This document shows, piece after piece, positions 1-9,579 of a stretch of DNA of 39,630 bases; the first letter of the stretch is position 1; every line of letters begins with the position of its first letter. The notes under the pieces were generated by a model. That model was not told where the DNA came from. It searched no databases and saw only the letters and a program-made list of their open reading frames with translations. Source of the stretch: an uncultured Dehalococcoidales bacterium (GTDB lineage: Bacteria > Chloroflexota > Dehalococcoidia > Dehalococcoidales > BS750m-G39); the NCBI GenBank assembly GCA_964587415.1, contig CAZPLG010000001.1, positions 1 through 39,630 on the forward strand, read 5' to 3'. Both the position numbers and the translations under genes were made by a program.

Positions 1-22
1 CCCGCTAACAACCGACAAGAAC

Positions 23-63
23 AGAGGCAGACGCTATAAAAAGCGCCTGCCTCTTTGTATTTT
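23..63 (+). terminator. Rho-independent terminator of the gene lying upstream of the window
   Basis: 13-bp stem agaggcagacgct (23-35) / agcgcctgcctct (42-54) with one mismatch. 6-nt loop, followed by ttgtatttt. Confidence 0.7.
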
Positions 64-91
64 CCCAAAGGGGGAAATACTTCCCCCTCCC

Positions 92-121
92 TTGTGACCC
101 CAAATACAGCCGTGCTATAAT
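92..121 (+). promoter_or_regulatory. Candidate sigma-70 promoter with extended -10
   Basis: TTGTGA (92-97), 18-nt spacer, TGcTATAAT (113-121). The -10 ends 6 nt before the thiL GTG, which implies a leaderless transcript. Confidence 0.4.
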
Positions 122-127
122 TTTGCC

Positions 128-1099
128 GTGAAGGTCTCGGAGTTAGGCGAATTCGGGCTCATCGACCTCCTGGCTAAAATGGCGGGCGGGGGCGACGAGC
201 GGATGCTCATCGGCATCGGCGACGATGCCGCCGCCTGGCAGGGCGACGACTCGATACAGCTGGCCAGCGTCGATTCCTTCATTGAGGGCGTCCACTTCAC
301 CCCGGAAACAACCCCCTGGCAAGATGTAGGCTGGAAGGCGCTGGCGGTAAACATAAGCGATATTGCCGCTATGGGCGGCATTCCCCGCTACGCCCTGGTA
401 GCGCTCTCCCTCCCCGATGATACCGAAGTCGATAATGTCACCGCCCTCTACACCAGCATGCTCAAACTGGCTAAACAGTACGGCGTGACCATCGTCGGCG
501 GCGATATAAGCCGCGCCCCGCTGGTCGCCATCGCCGTAACGATTCTAGGCAACAGCCCGACCAAAAAGATACTAACGCGTTCCTCGGCGAAGGCAGGAGA
601 GGTAGTAGCCGTCACCGGCAAGCTGGGTGCCGCCGCGGCCGGCATGGAGGTGTTGAAGAGCCGGCGTAATCTCGACCCCGAAGCCGAAAGCCACCTCAAA
701 AACGCCTTTCTCCACCCCACCCCCCGCATCGCCGAGGGGCTACTCCTGGTCGAACAGGGGGTAAAGACAGCCATAGACATCAGCGACGGGTTGGTTGCCG
801 ACCTTAATCAAATCTGCAAAGCCAGCCGGGTCGGCGCCCGCCTCGAGGTCGAGCGTGTCCCCGTCGAGCCTGCGGTTAAAGCCGCGTTCAGCGAAGGAGC
901 ACTGGAATTAGCTTTGAGTGGCGGCGAAGACTACGAGCTTTTATTCACCGCTGGGGCTGAAATCGTAGACAAGGTAAAAAAGGCAGCTTCCCGCCCGGTA
1001 ACGGTTATCGGTGAAATCACCGATGGTAAGGGCGTAAGCCTGGTCGATAAAGAGGGCAAGCCCTTTAAGCTGGCAAAGTCGGGTTGGGAGCACTTTTAG
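128..1099 (+). CDS. thiL: Thiamine-monophosphate kinase (AIR-synthase-related fold)
   Basis: 323-aa ORF, GTG start. N-terminal GEFGLIDLL...GIGDDAA motif typical of ThiL. thiL-tsaE adjacency is common. Confidence 0.9.
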   Translation: MKVSELGEFGLIDLLAKMAGGGDERMLIGIGDDAAAWQGDDSIQLASVDSFIEGVHFTPETTPWQDVGWKALAVNISDIAAMGGIPRYALVALSLPDDTEVDNVTALYTSMLKLAKQYGVTIVGGDISRAPLVAIAVTILGNSPTKKILTRSSAKAGEVVAVTGKLGAAAAGMEVLKSRRNLDPEAESHLKNAFLHPTPRIAEGLLLVEQGVKTAIDISDGLVADLNQICKASRVGARLEVERVPVEPAVKAAFSEGALELALSGGEDYELLFTAGAEIVDKVKKAASRPVTVIGEITDGKGVSLVDKEGKPFKLAKSGWEHF

Positions 1100-1105
1100 C
1101 CAGCG

Positions 1106-1564
1106 ATGGACTCATTAGAGCTAATCACCCGCAGCCCTGAGCAGACGCAGGAGTTCGGCAAACGCCTCGGCAAGATAGCCCGGCCCGGTGATGTCATTTT
1201 GCTGGTGGGGAAGCTGGGGGCGGGCAAGACCTGCCTCACCCAGGGCATCGCCTGGGGGCTGGATATCGATGAATATGCCGTCAGCCCCTCGTTCGTGCTG
1301 GTCAGGGAGCTCTACGGCCGGCTGCCGTTGTATCATGTGGACTTCTACCGCCTGGAAAACCTGGCGGAGATTGCCGAGCTGGGCCTGGACGAATACTTTT
1401 ACGGCAAAGGCGTCTCGGTGGTGGAGTGGGCGGAAAAGGCGTTGAGCCTGCTACCCGCCGAAAACCTGCTCATCGAAATGGAATATGTCGCCGATAGCGA
1501 GCGCCGTCTCGAACTCAAACCGTCGGGCAAACGCTACCGCGAAATGGTGGCGCAACTGAAATAA
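1106..1564 (+). CDS. tsaE: tRNA t6A37 biosynthesis ATPase TsaE (YjeE)
   Basis: 152-aa ORF with P-loop GKLGAGKT. Size and neighbourhood (followed by tsaB) fit. Confidence 0.9.
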   Translation: MDSLELITRSPEQTQEFGKRLGKIARPGDVILLVGKLGAGKTCLTQGIAWGLDIDEYAVSPSFVLVRELYGRLPLYHVDFYRLENLAEIAELGLDEYFYGKGVSVVEWAEKALSLLPAENLLIEMEYVADSERRLELKPSGKRYREMVAQLK

Positions 1565-2265
1565 TGCTAGTAGCTATAGACAGCTCAACCGATACCGCCA
1601 GCCTGGCTTTAGCCCGGGACGGCAAGGTGCTGGCCGATGTGAGCTGGCGCTGCGGGCAAAACCACAGCGTCGAGCTTTTGCCCCGCCTCACCCGGCTTCT
1701 GGACGAGGCTAAGGTCGGCCTGAAGGATACCAGTTATATTATCGTGGCTAAGGGTCCCGGCAGCTTTAACGGGCTGCGCGTGGGCTTGAGCACGGCTAAG
1801 GGCCTGGCCTTTAGTCTGGGCGTCCCCATCATCGGCATCAGCAGCCTGGAGATGGAAGCCTACCGCCACGCCGAAACGGGCTTACCGATATGTCCTATCT
1901 TTAACGCGGGCCGGGGCGAGATTGCCGCCGCCCTCTACCGGAAAAAGGATAATGAATGGCATAAGCTTACCCCGGAACACATCACCACCGTCGACGCTTT
2001 AAGCGCCGAAATCACCGAAAAGACGATATTCTGCGGGGAATACGTAGCTACCATCGCCCGCCAGCTAAAAGAAAAACTCAAAGAAAAGGCCGTCATCGCC
2101 CCCGACCAGATGCGCTCGGCCGTCTCATTGATTGAGCTGGCCAAGCCCCGCATTGACGCGGGCGACTACGACGACCCCGCCACCCTTCAACCCATCTATC
2201 TGCGGCGGCCCGCCATCACCAAGCCCAAACGCCGCCAGAAATACACTAACGGAGGCTCGAAATGA
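1564..2265 (+). CDS. tsaB: tRNA t6A37 biosynthesis protein TsaB (YeaZ)
   Basis: 233-aa ORF, N-terminal LVAIDSSTD ASKHA-fold motif. The start overlaps the tsaE stop by 1 nt (TAATG). Confidence 0.88.
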   Translation: MLVAIDSSTDTASLALARDGKVLADVSWRCGQNHSVELLPRLTRLLDEAKVGLKDTSYIIVAKGPGSFNGLRVGLSTAKGLAFSLGVPIIGISSLEMEAYRHAETGLPICPIFNAGRGEIAAALYRKKDNEWHKLTPEHITTVDALSAEITEKTIFCGEYVATIARQLKEKLKEKAVIAPDQMRSAVSLIELAKPRIDAGDYDDPATLQPIYLRRPAITKPKRRQKYTNGGSK

Positions 2266-2693
2266 CGCACTGGCCTCAAACATCGATTGATACGGTAAAA
2301 GAATCCGACAAGTGCTTCGCCTGCGGGCAGAAAAATCCCATCGGCCTCAAACTCAAATTCGACTGGGACGGCCAGGAGGTCAAGGCCAAGTTCACCCCCG
2401 GTGAATATCACCAGGGCTGGGCGGGGCTGGTGCACGGCGGCATTATGAGCTGTCTCCTCGACGAGGCGATGAGCTACGCCGCTTTATACAGCGGGGTCAA
2501 CAGCCTCACCGCCAGGATGCAGACCCGCTTCAAGCGCCCCCTGCCCATAGATGAGCCGCTCACCGTAACCGGCTCCGTGACCAAGAAGACGAGACGGCTG
2601 GTGGAGACTAAGGCGGAACTAAAGCTCGCCGACGATACCCTGGTCGCCGAGAGCACGGCCACCATGTATATCTTTATGGCGGAGAGGAGTTGA
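2262..2693 (+). CDS. PaaI-family hotdog-fold thioesterase
   Basis: 143-aa ORF with CFACGxxNPxGL and HGG motifs of PaaI/4HBT-type thioesterases. ATGA overlap with tsaB. Confidence 0.8.
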   Translation: MTHWPQTSIDTVKESDKCFACGQKNPIGLKLKFDWDGQEVKAKFTPGEYHQGWAGLVHGGIMSCLLDEAMSYAALYSGVNSLTARMQTRFKRPLPIDEPLTVTGSVTKKTRRLVETKAELKLADDTLVAESTATMYIFMAERS

Positions 2694-2699
2694 GGGTCA

Positions 2700-3362
2700 A
2701 TGCCTGAAATCGCCGCCGTCATCTGGGATATGGACGGAGTGCTCGCCGACACCGCCCCTCACCACCTCCTCGCCTGGCGGGAAACCTTCGCCAAGCGGGG
2801 CATCAAATTCACCGAGGAAGACTTCATGCGCGGCTTTGGCATCAGGAACGACGCTATTATCAGAAACGTCCTCGGCGAGCAAACGACCCCTGAAGAGATA
2901 GAAGCCATTGCCCGGGAAAAAGAAGCCACCTTCCGCCGCATCATCGGCAAAGACATAAAACCCCTCCCCGGTGCCCTCGACCTGCTCAAAGCCCTCGACG
3001 AAAACGGCATCAAGATGGCCATCGCCTCTTCGACGGTGATAGAAAACATCCACCTCATCATCAGCAGCCTGGGCATAGAAAAATACTTCGAGGTAATTAT
3101 CACCGGCCACGACGTCACCGAGGGCAAGCCCAACCCCCAGGTCTTTCTTTTAGCGGCTCGTAGACTGGGAGCCGAGCCCAAAAACTGCATTGTCGTCGAG
3201 GACGCGGTGGCGGGGGTAAAGGCAGCCAAGAGGGCGGGTATGTACTGCGTTGCCATCACCAGCACCCACCCTAGAGAAAAGCTCAAGGAAGCCGACCTCA
3301 TCGTGGACACGCTGGAGGCGGTTACTGTTAAAGACTTAGAAAGATTAATTCGTTCCCCCTAA
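2700..3362 (+). CDS. HAD-superfamily hydrolase, beta-phosphoglucomutase-like subfamily
   Basis: 220-aa ORF. HAD motif I DMDGVLADT, later ASS and GKPNP, EDAxAGxxAA motifs. Confidence 0.85.
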   Translation: MPEIAAVIWDMDGVLADTAPHHLLAWRETFAKRGIKFTEEDFMRGFGIRNDAIIRNVLGEQTTPEEIEAIAREKEATFRRIIGKDIKPLPGALDLLKALDENGIKMAIASSTVIENIHLIISSLGIEKYFEVIITGHDVTEGKPNPQVFLLAARRLGAEPKNCIVVEDAVAGVKAAKRAGMYCVAITSTHPREKLKEADLIVDTLEAVTVKDLERLIRSP

Positions 3363-3448
3363 TCAGAGTTGCCAAAAACCACCCTAACCTAGTATCCTCT
3401 ATGAGAAAGTCTAAGTGAGACGAAAGCCCGCGGATATATCAGGGGGAG

Positions 3449-3549
3449 TCTAAGAGGAAGAATACCCTCTAAGGGTGGGCAGGGCGGGTCAGAAAGACGT
3501 TTGCCAACAGAGTGGGGTGGTGAGTGGGACAACAAAGCGCACCCCACCC
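3449..3549. repeat. Copy 1 of the dispersed mosaic intergenic repeat (G-rich arm orientation)
   Basis: tctaagagg..ccctctaagGGGTGGGCAGGGCGGGtcagaaagacgt is nearly identical to 29417-29452. G4 motif at 3473-3488. Followed by a 9-bp hairpin ggtggggtg/caccccacc. Confidence 0.8.
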
Positions 3550-3590
3550 TGCCTGAGAATCCCAAAAATTAAGGGGGTAAGGGTGATAAG

Positions 3591-4010
3591 ATGGAACGTT
3601 CTTTAGTCCTGGTCAAACCCGACGCCATGAAAAGAGAACTGGCGGGAGCTATCATCGCCCGCCTGCAAAAGCTGGGCTTAAAGCTGGTGGCGGCCAAGAT
3701 GCTCCACGCCGATAAGGCTTTAGCCCGCAAGCACTACGCCGTCCACAAGGACAAGCCCTTCTACGACGACCTGGTCAACTATATCACCTCCGCCCCCATC
3801 GTCGCCTGCGTCTTCGAGGGCAAGAACGCCGTAGAAACCATTAGGAAGGCGATGGGCGCCACCGACCCGGCCAAGGCGGAAAAGGGCACGATACGGGCTG
3901 ATTTCGGGGAAAGCCTGGAGCGCAATAGCGTCCACGGCTCGGACTCGCCCGACAACGCCGAAATAGAAATAAGCCTCTTCTTCCACCCCGATGAAATCTT
4001 CGGTTACTGA
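3591..4010 (+). CDS. ndk: Nucleoside-diphosphate kinase
   Basis: 139-aa ORF. ERSLVLVKPDA start and active-site NSVHGSDS. Confidence 0.95.
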   Translation: MERSLVLVKPDAMKRELAGAIIARLQKLGLKLVAAKMLHADKALARKHYAVHKDKPFYDDLVNYITSAPIVACVFEGKNAVETIRKAMGATDPAKAEKGTIRADFGESLERNSVHGSDSPDNAEIEISLFFHPDEIFGY

Positions 4011-4333
4011 ATCCGCAGCACCGGTTTCGCCTGTTCCCAGAGCTCGTCGAGCTGGTAGTAATCGCGCTCAACGGGGGCAAAGATGTGGATGATAACATCG
4101 CCGAAGTCCAACAGCAGCCACCCCGAATCTATCGTCCCCTCGCGGTGGTGAGGGGTGATACCTTCGTGCTTTAGTCGGTGCCTCACCTCGTCGTAGATGG
4201 TGGTTAGCTGCCTCTCGGAATCGCCGCTGCATATCACGAAATAGTCGGCGAAGCTGCAAACCTCGCGGGTGTCGAGCAAAACAATGTCAATCGCCTGCTT
4301 GTCGGCAGCAGCCTCAACCGCCTGGCGCGCCAC
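4004..4333 (-). CDS. rsfS: Ribosome silencing factor RsfS (iojap family)
   Basis: 109-aa ORF with DYFVICSGDSERQ motif. The 3-prime end overlaps ndk by 7 bp (convergent). The GTG start at 4333 has no SD. An in-frame CTG at 4348 sits 7 nt after GGAGG, so the start is uncertain. Confidence 0.85.
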   Translation of the reverse strand: MARQAVEAAADKQAIDIVLLDTREVCSFADYFVICSGDSERQLTTIYDEVRHRLKHEGITPHHREGTIDSGWLLLDFGDVIIHIFAPVERDYYQLDELWEQAKPVLRIQ

Positions 4334-4372
4334 TTCTAACGATTCCAGAAGTCAGCCTCCATACTCAATAAT

Positions 4373-4381
4373 ATTATAGCA
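4373..4381 (-). promoter_or_regulatory. Candidate extended -10 promoter for rsfS
   Basis: The minus strand reads TGcTATAAT, about 40 nt upstream of the rsfS start. Confidence 0.4.
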
Positions 4382-4383
4382 TA

Positions 4384-4492
4384 CCACCCCCCGTCTTATA
4401 TCTTTTCTCACCACCCCCCAGGTTAAGGAGTTTATCTCATTAGGGCGGGCGGGTTGGGTCAGAAATACGTACGCAAAGCAAGGTGGGGTGGC
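4384..4492. repeat. Copy 2 of the dispersed mosaic repeat (short version)
   Basis: C-rich left part ccaccccccgtcttatatctttt. Then ccaggttaaggagtttatctcattaGGGCGGGCGGGTTGGGtcagaaatacgtacgc..ggtggggtgg. G4 motif at 4443-4458. Confidence 0.8.
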
Positions 4493-4515
4493 AGGGACAC
4501 CCCCTAACGAGAGTA

Positions 4516-4524
4516 TGCTATAAT
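4516..4524 (+). promoter_or_regulatory. Candidate extended -10 promoter for the 4552 gene
   Basis: TGcTATAAT lies 27 nt upstream of the ATG. SD-like gagagg in between. Confidence 0.45.
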
Positions 4525-4551
4525 TATGTTAACCACTCGTAGAGAGGCAAA

Positions 4552-5379
4552 ATGGAAAAACTGCTCTTCGGCACGGGCGGCACCCCCCACACCGCCAAGA
4601 CCCGGACGGCCATAGACGGCATCAAGCGCATCGCCGAGCTTGGATTAGGCTGCATGGAACTCGAGTTCGTCTACGGCGTCAGGATGGCCGAAAACAGCGC
4701 CCGCCTGGTGGCGGAAACGGCCCAAAGCGAAGGCGTCAGGCTCTCGGCTCACGGCCCCTACTACATCAACCTCAACGCCCGCGAGCCGGAAAAAATAGTC
4801 GCCAGCCAGGAAAGAATAATCCAGACCGCCCGCATCGGCGCCCTTTGCGGTGCCGAGAGCATCGTCTTCCACGCCGCTTTCTACCTTGGCGACCCTCCGG
4901 GAAAAGCCTATCAGGCGGTCAAGAAGAACCTGGCCGAGGTTATGAACCAGCTCAAAAAAGAAGAAAACAGGGTCTGGGTCAGGCCCGAGGTCATGGGCAA
5001 GACCAGCCAGTTCGGCGATATCGACGAAATCATAAACCTGTGCAACGAGCTGGATGGGGTCGGTATCTGCATGGACTTCGCCCACTGGCACGCCCGCAGC
5101 GGGCAGGCCAACTCCTACCCCGAGTTCGTCGCCGTACTGGAGCAGATAAAAAACGGCCTGGGGGAACAGGCAATAGCCAACATGCATATCCACGTCTCCG
5201 GTATCGCCTACGGCAAGAAGGGGGAGCGAAAACACCTCAACCTCTCTGACTCCGACCTGCGCTATGGAGAACTCCTCCAGGCGCTCAAGGACTACGGGGC
5301 TAAAGGACTGGTAATCTGCGAAAGCCCCAGCCTGGAAGAAGACGCCCTCCTCCTCCAGGAAAGCTACCACCGCCTCTAA
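4552..5379 (+). CDS. Xylose-isomerase-like TIM-barrel protein, endonuclease IV (AP endonuclease family 2)-related
   Basis: 275-aa ORF. Pattern LSAHGPYYINL ... VFHAAFY ... RPEVMG ... CMDFAHWHA ... HIHVSG matches the metal-binding strands of the Nfo/TIM-barrel family. Confidence 0.75.
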   Translation: MEKLLFGTGGTPHTAKTRTAIDGIKRIAELGLGCMELEFVYGVRMAENSARLVAETAQSEGVRLSAHGPYYINLNAREPEKIVASQERIIQTARIGALCGAESIVFHAAFYLGDPPGKAYQAVKKNLAEVMNQLKKEENRVWVRPEVMGKTSQFGDIDEIINLCNELDGVGICMDFAHWHARSGQANSYPEFVAVLEQIKNGLGEQAIANMHIHVSGIAYGKKGERKHLNLSDSDLRYGELLQALKDYGAKGLVICESPSLEEDALLLQESYHRL

Positions 5380-5410
5380 ACAACCCGATTTTCCTATTGA
5401 CATCGCCTTC

Positions 5411-5419
5411 TGTTATAAT
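5411..5419 (+). promoter_or_regulatory. Candidate extended -10 promoter for ftsH
   Basis: TGtTATAAT lies 16 nt upstream of the ftsH ATG. No clear SD. Confidence 0.35.
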
Positions 5420-5435
5420 ATAAGTTACGAGTCTA

Positions 5436-7361
5436 ATGATGAAATCGAACTGGATGCGCAACAGCTTAATATACATCATCATTCTGGTGGCGGCGGTCGT
5501 CCTCCTCTACCAGCTCTTCCCGACATCGCCCAAGCCGACCGAAGTCGGCCTGGAGCAGGTTATAGCCATGTCGCAGGACGGTGAGATAGCCGCCATTACC
5601 GTGGACAACGAAGAGCTGCTCATCACCACCCGCGACGGCAGCGAGCTAAAAACCGCCATCGGCAACCTCACCCTGGTCGAGCTTCAAGAGCTAGGCTTAA
5701 ATCTCGAAGGCGTGGATTACGAGGTCAAGCCTGCCGGCTTCGACTGGGGCAGTCTGCTCATCGGCTTCCTCCCCCTCATCCTCTTCGGCGCCCTCTTCTT
5801 CTTCTTATTCCGTTCGGCGCGGGGGGCTAACAGCCAGGCGATGAACTTCGGGCGCAGCCGCGCCCGCCTCATGCAGGGCAGCACGCCCACCGTTACCTTC
5901 GACGATGTCGCCGGCGTGGAAGAAGCCAAACAGGAACTGCACGAAGTGGTCGACTTCCTCAAGTCGCGGGAAAAATTCCAGAGCCTGGGGGCGCGCATCC
6001 CCAAGGGCATTTTGCTTATCGGCCCCCCCGGCACGGGCAAGACGCTATTGGCCAGAGCGATAGCCGGCGAAGCCGGCGTCCCCTTCTTCTCCATCAGCGG
6101 CAGTGAATTCGTCGAGATGTTCGTCGGCGTCGGTGCTTCAAGGGTGCGTGACCTCTTCGACCAGGCCAAGCGCAACACCCCCTGCATCATCTTTATCGAC
6201 GAGATTGACGCCGTCGGCCGCCACCGCGGCGCGGGCTTAGGCGGCGGCCATGACGAAAGGGAGCAGACCCTCAACCAGATTCTGGTGGAAATGGACGGCT
6301 TCGACACCAACACCAGCGTTATTATTCTGGCGGCGACCAACCGCCCCGATATACTGGACCCCGCCCTCCTCCGTCCCGGCCGCTTCGACCGAAGGGTGAT
6401 TCTAGACCGCCCCGACATCAACGGACGGACGGCAATTCTCAAGGTTCACACCAAGGGCAAGCCCCTGGCCGACGAGGTCGATTTAGAGGTGCTGGCTAAA
6501 CAGACGGCGGGCTTCAGCGGCGCCGACCTGGCTAACCTGGTCAACGAAGGCGCCATCCTGGCGGCTCGCCGCGGCCAGAAGGTCATCAAGATGAAGGAAC
6601 TGGAAGAATCGATCGACCGCGTGATGGCCGGCCCCGAACGCAAGAGCCGCCGCATCAGCCCCAAGGAAAAGGAAATCAGCGCCTACCACGAGGCGGGGCA
6701 CGCCCTGGTAGCCAAGCTTTTGCCCAACGCCGACCCGGTGCATAAGGTCTCCATCGTGGCGCGGGGCATGATGGGCGGTTACACCCGTCTCCTGCCCACC
6801 GAAGACCGCTACCTGATGACCAGCTCCCAGTTCAAGGACATGATTGCCACCCTGCTGGCGGGACAGACCGCCGAGGAATTGATATTCAAGGAAACGACCA
6901 CGGGCGCCCAGAGCGACCTCGAAGAAGCCACCAAGCTGGCGCATAAGATGGTGACCTCCTACGGGATGAGCGAAAAGCTCGGCCCCCGCACCTTCGGGCG
7001 CAAAGAGGAAATGGTCTTTTTAGGACGCGAAATCTCGGAGCAGCGCGACTACAGCGAGAAGGTCGCCCAGGAAATCGACGAAGAGGTCTATAGCATCATC
7101 CAGAACGCCCACGGCGAAGCCAGGCGCCTGCTCACCAAGAATAAGAAGCGGCTGGTCCATATCGCCGAAAAAATCATCGTCCAGGAAACCCTAGAGGGCG
7201 AAGAGCTGGAACTGGCTTTCACCGAACCCCTATCGGTCAAGCCCAAGGCTCGACCTGCCACCCAACCCGTCGCCGAGCCGCCCAAGGCAAAGGCTAAAAC
7301 GGCCCCCAAGAAAACGGCTCCGGCCCAGATTATCCCCAAACAGGCGCCGGCATCCTCATAG
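5436..7361 (+). CDS. ftsH: ATP-dependent zinc metalloprotease FtsH
   Basis: 641-aa ORF. Two N-terminal TM segments, Walker [12 protein letters not shown] region, HEAGHA zinc site. Pro/Lys/Ala-rich C-terminal tail. Confidence 0.97.
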   Translation: MMKSNWMRNSLIYIIILVAAVVLLYQLFPTSPKPTEVGLEQVIAMSQDGEIAAITVDNEELLITTRDGSELKTAIGNLTLVELQELGLNLEGVDYEVKPAGFDWGSLLIGFLPLILFGALFFFLFRSARGANSQAMNFGRSRARLMQGSTPTVTFDDVAGVEEAKQELHEVVDFLKSREKFQSLGARIPKGILLIGPPGTGKTLLARAIAGEAGVPFFSISGSEFVEMFVGVGASRVRDLFDQAKRNTPCIIFIDEIDAVGRHRGAGLGGGHDEREQTLNQILVEMDGFDTNTSVIILAATNRPDILDPALLRPGRFDRRVILDRPDINGRTAILKVHTKGKPLADEVDLEVLAKQTAGFSGADLANLVNEGAILAARRGQKVIKMKELEESIDRVMAGPERKSRRISPKEKEISAYHEAGHALVAKLLPNADPVHKVSIVARGMMGGYTRLLPTEDRYLMTSSQFKDMIATLLAGQTAEELIFKETTTGAQSDLEEATKLAHKMVTSYGMSEKLGPRTFGRKEEMVFLGREISEQRDYSEKVAQEIDEEVYSIIQNAHGEARRLLTKNKKRLVHIAEKIIVQETLEGEELELAFTEPLSVKPKARPATQPVAEPPKAKAKTAPKKTAPAQIIPKQAPASS

Positions 7362-7370
7362 GGAAAAACC

Positions 7371-7778
7371 GTGATTGAGATTACAGTCAAGCCCATCTCC
7401 CCTGAAGTTGTCGTCAACAGGGTCAAGACCCCCGGTAGCGGCTGCGTGGCGGTCTATGTCGGCTTAATTCGCAATAACTCCCACGGCAAGCAGGTCGTCT
7501 CCGTGGAATATGCCGACCCCAAAGGCACAGCCAAAGCCGAATTGGAGAAGATAGCCGCCGAAATCAGGCAAAAATGGCCGCTGGAGGGTATCGCCATCTG
7601 CCACCGCATCGGCAAGCTTGAGGTGGGCGACATCAACTTCCTGGTCGCTATCGCCGCTGCCCACCGCCAGGAAGGCTTCGCCGCCGCCCAATACGCCGTA
7701 GACCGCTTCAAGGAGATTCTGCCCACCCGCAAAAAGGAAAGCTACAGCGACGGCAGCACCCGTATCGAAGGGGAATAA
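7371..7778 (+). CDS. moaE: MoaE-family protein (molybdopterin synthase catalytic subunit-like)
   Basis: 135-aa ORF, GTG start 9 nt after ftsH. Pattern VYVGLIRN...VEY...ICHRIGKLEVGD..VAIAAAHRQEGF matches the MoaE fold signature. Confidence 0.7.
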   Translation: MIEITVKPISPEVVVNRVKTPGSGCVAVYVGLIRNNSHGKQVVSVEYADPKGTAKAELEKIAAEIRQKWPLEGIAICHRIGKLEVGDINFLVAIAAAHRQEGFAAAQYAVDRFKEILPTRKKESYSDGSTRIEGE

Positions 7779-7781
7779 ACG

Positions 7782-7799
7782 GGGAGACGAGCGTCTCCC
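7782..7799. terminator. Hairpin between convergent moaE and the polyprenyl synthase gene
   Basis: gggagac-gagc-gtctccc, 7-bp perfect stem. No T tract. Touches the stop codon of the minus-strand gene. Confidence 0.3.
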
Positions 7800-8776
7800 T
7801 ACTTCTTGCGGCTTATCACCAGGTCAGCTAATTCCCTTAATGCCTGACGGCTGGGCTTAGCCGGCAGCTTCCCCAGGTCGCGGCAGGCTTTTTCGCAATA
7901 GCCCGAGGCGAGCTCGTAACACTGCTTGACGATAGGCGAATGCCCCACCAGCTCTATCGCCCGCCTGATTCTATCCCGCTTATCCTTTTCGGGCATATCG
8001 GGATTACGGAACAATTCCTTTACCGGGTTGTCGTCGGGGTACTGCTCCAGCAGCAGCATGGCGGGCAGGGTCAGCGTCCCCTGCGAGAGGTCGGAGCCGA
8101 TGGGCTTGCCCATCTCCTCCTCGGTGCCCACGAAATCGAGGATATCGTCCACAATCTGAAAAGCGACGCCCAGCTTAAAGCCGTAGTCATACAAAATCTT
8201 TATCGAATCTTCGGGTGCCTGGCTCAATATAGCCCCCGAAATGGTAGCCAGCGAAAACAGCGAGGCGGTCTTGCTGGCGATTCTATCCAGGTAGTGCTGG
8301 CGGGTCTGCTCCAGCTTAAAAGCGTCGTTGGTCTGCACGATCTCGCCGCTGGTTATGGTCTGCAACGTCTGACTGAAGAGTATTATCACCCTCAGGTTGC
8401 CGGTGTCGGCGGCGAACTCCCCCGCCCTGGCGAACACATAGTCCCCCAGCAGCACCGCCCGCTCCTCCCCCCACACCTCGTTAACCGTCGGCCGCCCCCG
8501 CCGCACCGCCGACTTATCGATGGCGTCGTCGTGCACCAGGGTAGCGGTGTGCAACAACTCGATGCCGGTAGCCATGGGCAGCAGCAGGTCGAAGTTGTAG
8601 TTGTAGAACTTTCCCGCCAGCAGGGTCAGCGCGGGCCTTATGCCCTTGCCTCCCCCCAATATATGTTGCAGCAACTCGGCGAGATGCGGGGAATCGACCT
8701 CGGTTACCGATTCTAGCTGGCGCCTTACTCTAGCCAGGTCCTCTTCCACCAGTTGATAGATCTCTTCCAGCTCCAA
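7799..8776 (-). CDS. Long-chain (hepta/octaprenyl-type) polyprenyl diphosphate synthase
   Basis: 325-aa ORF with both aspartate-rich motifs (LVHDDAID and QIVDDILD). Confidence 0.9.
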   Translation of the reverse strand: MELEEIYQLVEEDLARVRRQLESVTEVDSPHLAELLQHILGGGKGIRPALTLLAGKFYNYNFDLLLPMATGIELLHTATLVHDDAIDKSAVRRGRPTVNEVWGEERAVLLGDYVFARAGEFAADTGNLRVIILFSQTLQTITSGEIVQTNDAFKLEQTRQHYLDRIASKTASLFSLATISGAILSQAPEDSIKILYDYGFKLGVAFQIVDDILDFVGTEEEMGKPIGSDLSQGTLTLPAMLLLEQYPDDNPVKELFRNPDMPEKDKRDRIRRAIELVGHSPIVKQCYELASGYCEKACRDLGKLPAKPSRQALRELADLVISRKK

Positions 8777-8787
8777 CCCTCTCTCCT

Positions 8788-9579
8788 TTATCTGATGGGC
8801 AGTCGGAACAGGCTTATCGTGTTCTTGGCCGCCGCCTCCGCCACCACCTCTCGAGGCACTCCCCTGACCTGGGCCACTTTCTCGGCGATAAGGGCGACGT
8901 AGGCAGGCTCATTGCGCTTCCCCCGGTAGGCCTGCGGCGCCAAAAAAGGCGCGTCCGTCTCCAGCAGCAGCCTGTCCAGCGATATCTCTCGGGTTACCTG
9001 CACCAGCTCCCCCGCCGAGGGGTAGGTCACCGAACCCGCCAGCGAGATGTAAAAGCCGATATCAATATATTTCTGCGCCAGTTCGATATCCCCGCTGAAG
9101 CAGTGCATAACTCCCCGCCGCCGCCTCCCCGCCGAAAGCGTCGACTTCACCCACGCGCTCAGTATCTTAAAGACCTCTCTATGGGCCTGGCGGCAGTGCA
9201 CCACCACCGGTAATCCCAGTTCCACGGCCAGGTCGAGCTGCTTCCTGAATGCCTCTTCCTGACTCTTGCGCGCGGAAAGATTACGGTAGAAATCGAGCCC
9301 GATTTCGCCCACCGCCACCACCCTATCATCTTGGGCAAGCTCGGCCAGGACTTTAAGGTCGCCGTCGCTCATCTTGTCCGCCTCGTGAGGGTGAAAACCG
9401 ACGGTGCTGAAAACGTCGTCGTACTGCTTGGCCATCTCAAGAGAGGCACGGCTCGACTCTGCGTCCAGCCCCACATTGATTATCGCTCTGATGCCACCCT
9501 GTCGGGCGCGGGCGAACACCTGCTCGCGGTCTCTATCGAAGGTGGCTAAATCGATATGGGCGTGCGAATCTATCAGCAT
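8788..9579 (-). CDS. tatD: TatD-family metal-dependent hydrolase/DNase
   Basis: 263-aa ORF. LIDSHAHID N-terminus plus later H/E/D metal ligands. The start overlaps the metG stop by 1 nt. Confidence 0.9.
   Translation of the reverse strand: MLIDSHAHIDLATFDRDREQVFARARQGGIRAIINVGLDAESSRASLEMAKQYDDVFSTVGFHPHEADKMSDGDLKVLAELAQDDRVVAVGEIGLDFYRNLSARKSQEEAFRKQLDLAVELGLPVVVHCRQAHREVFKILSAWVKSTLSAGRRRRGVMHCFSGDIELAQKYIDIGFYISLAGSVTYPSAGELVQVTREISLDRLLLETDAPFLAPQAYRGKRNEPAYVALIAEKVAQVRGVPREVVAEAAAKNTISLFRLPIR

Noticed and set aside
5397-5402. TTGACA upstream of ftsH as a -35 box
   Set aside because: It lies only 11 nt from the TATAAT hexamer (5414-5419), too close for a sigma-70 -35/-10 pair. Only the extended -10 was retained, at low confidence.
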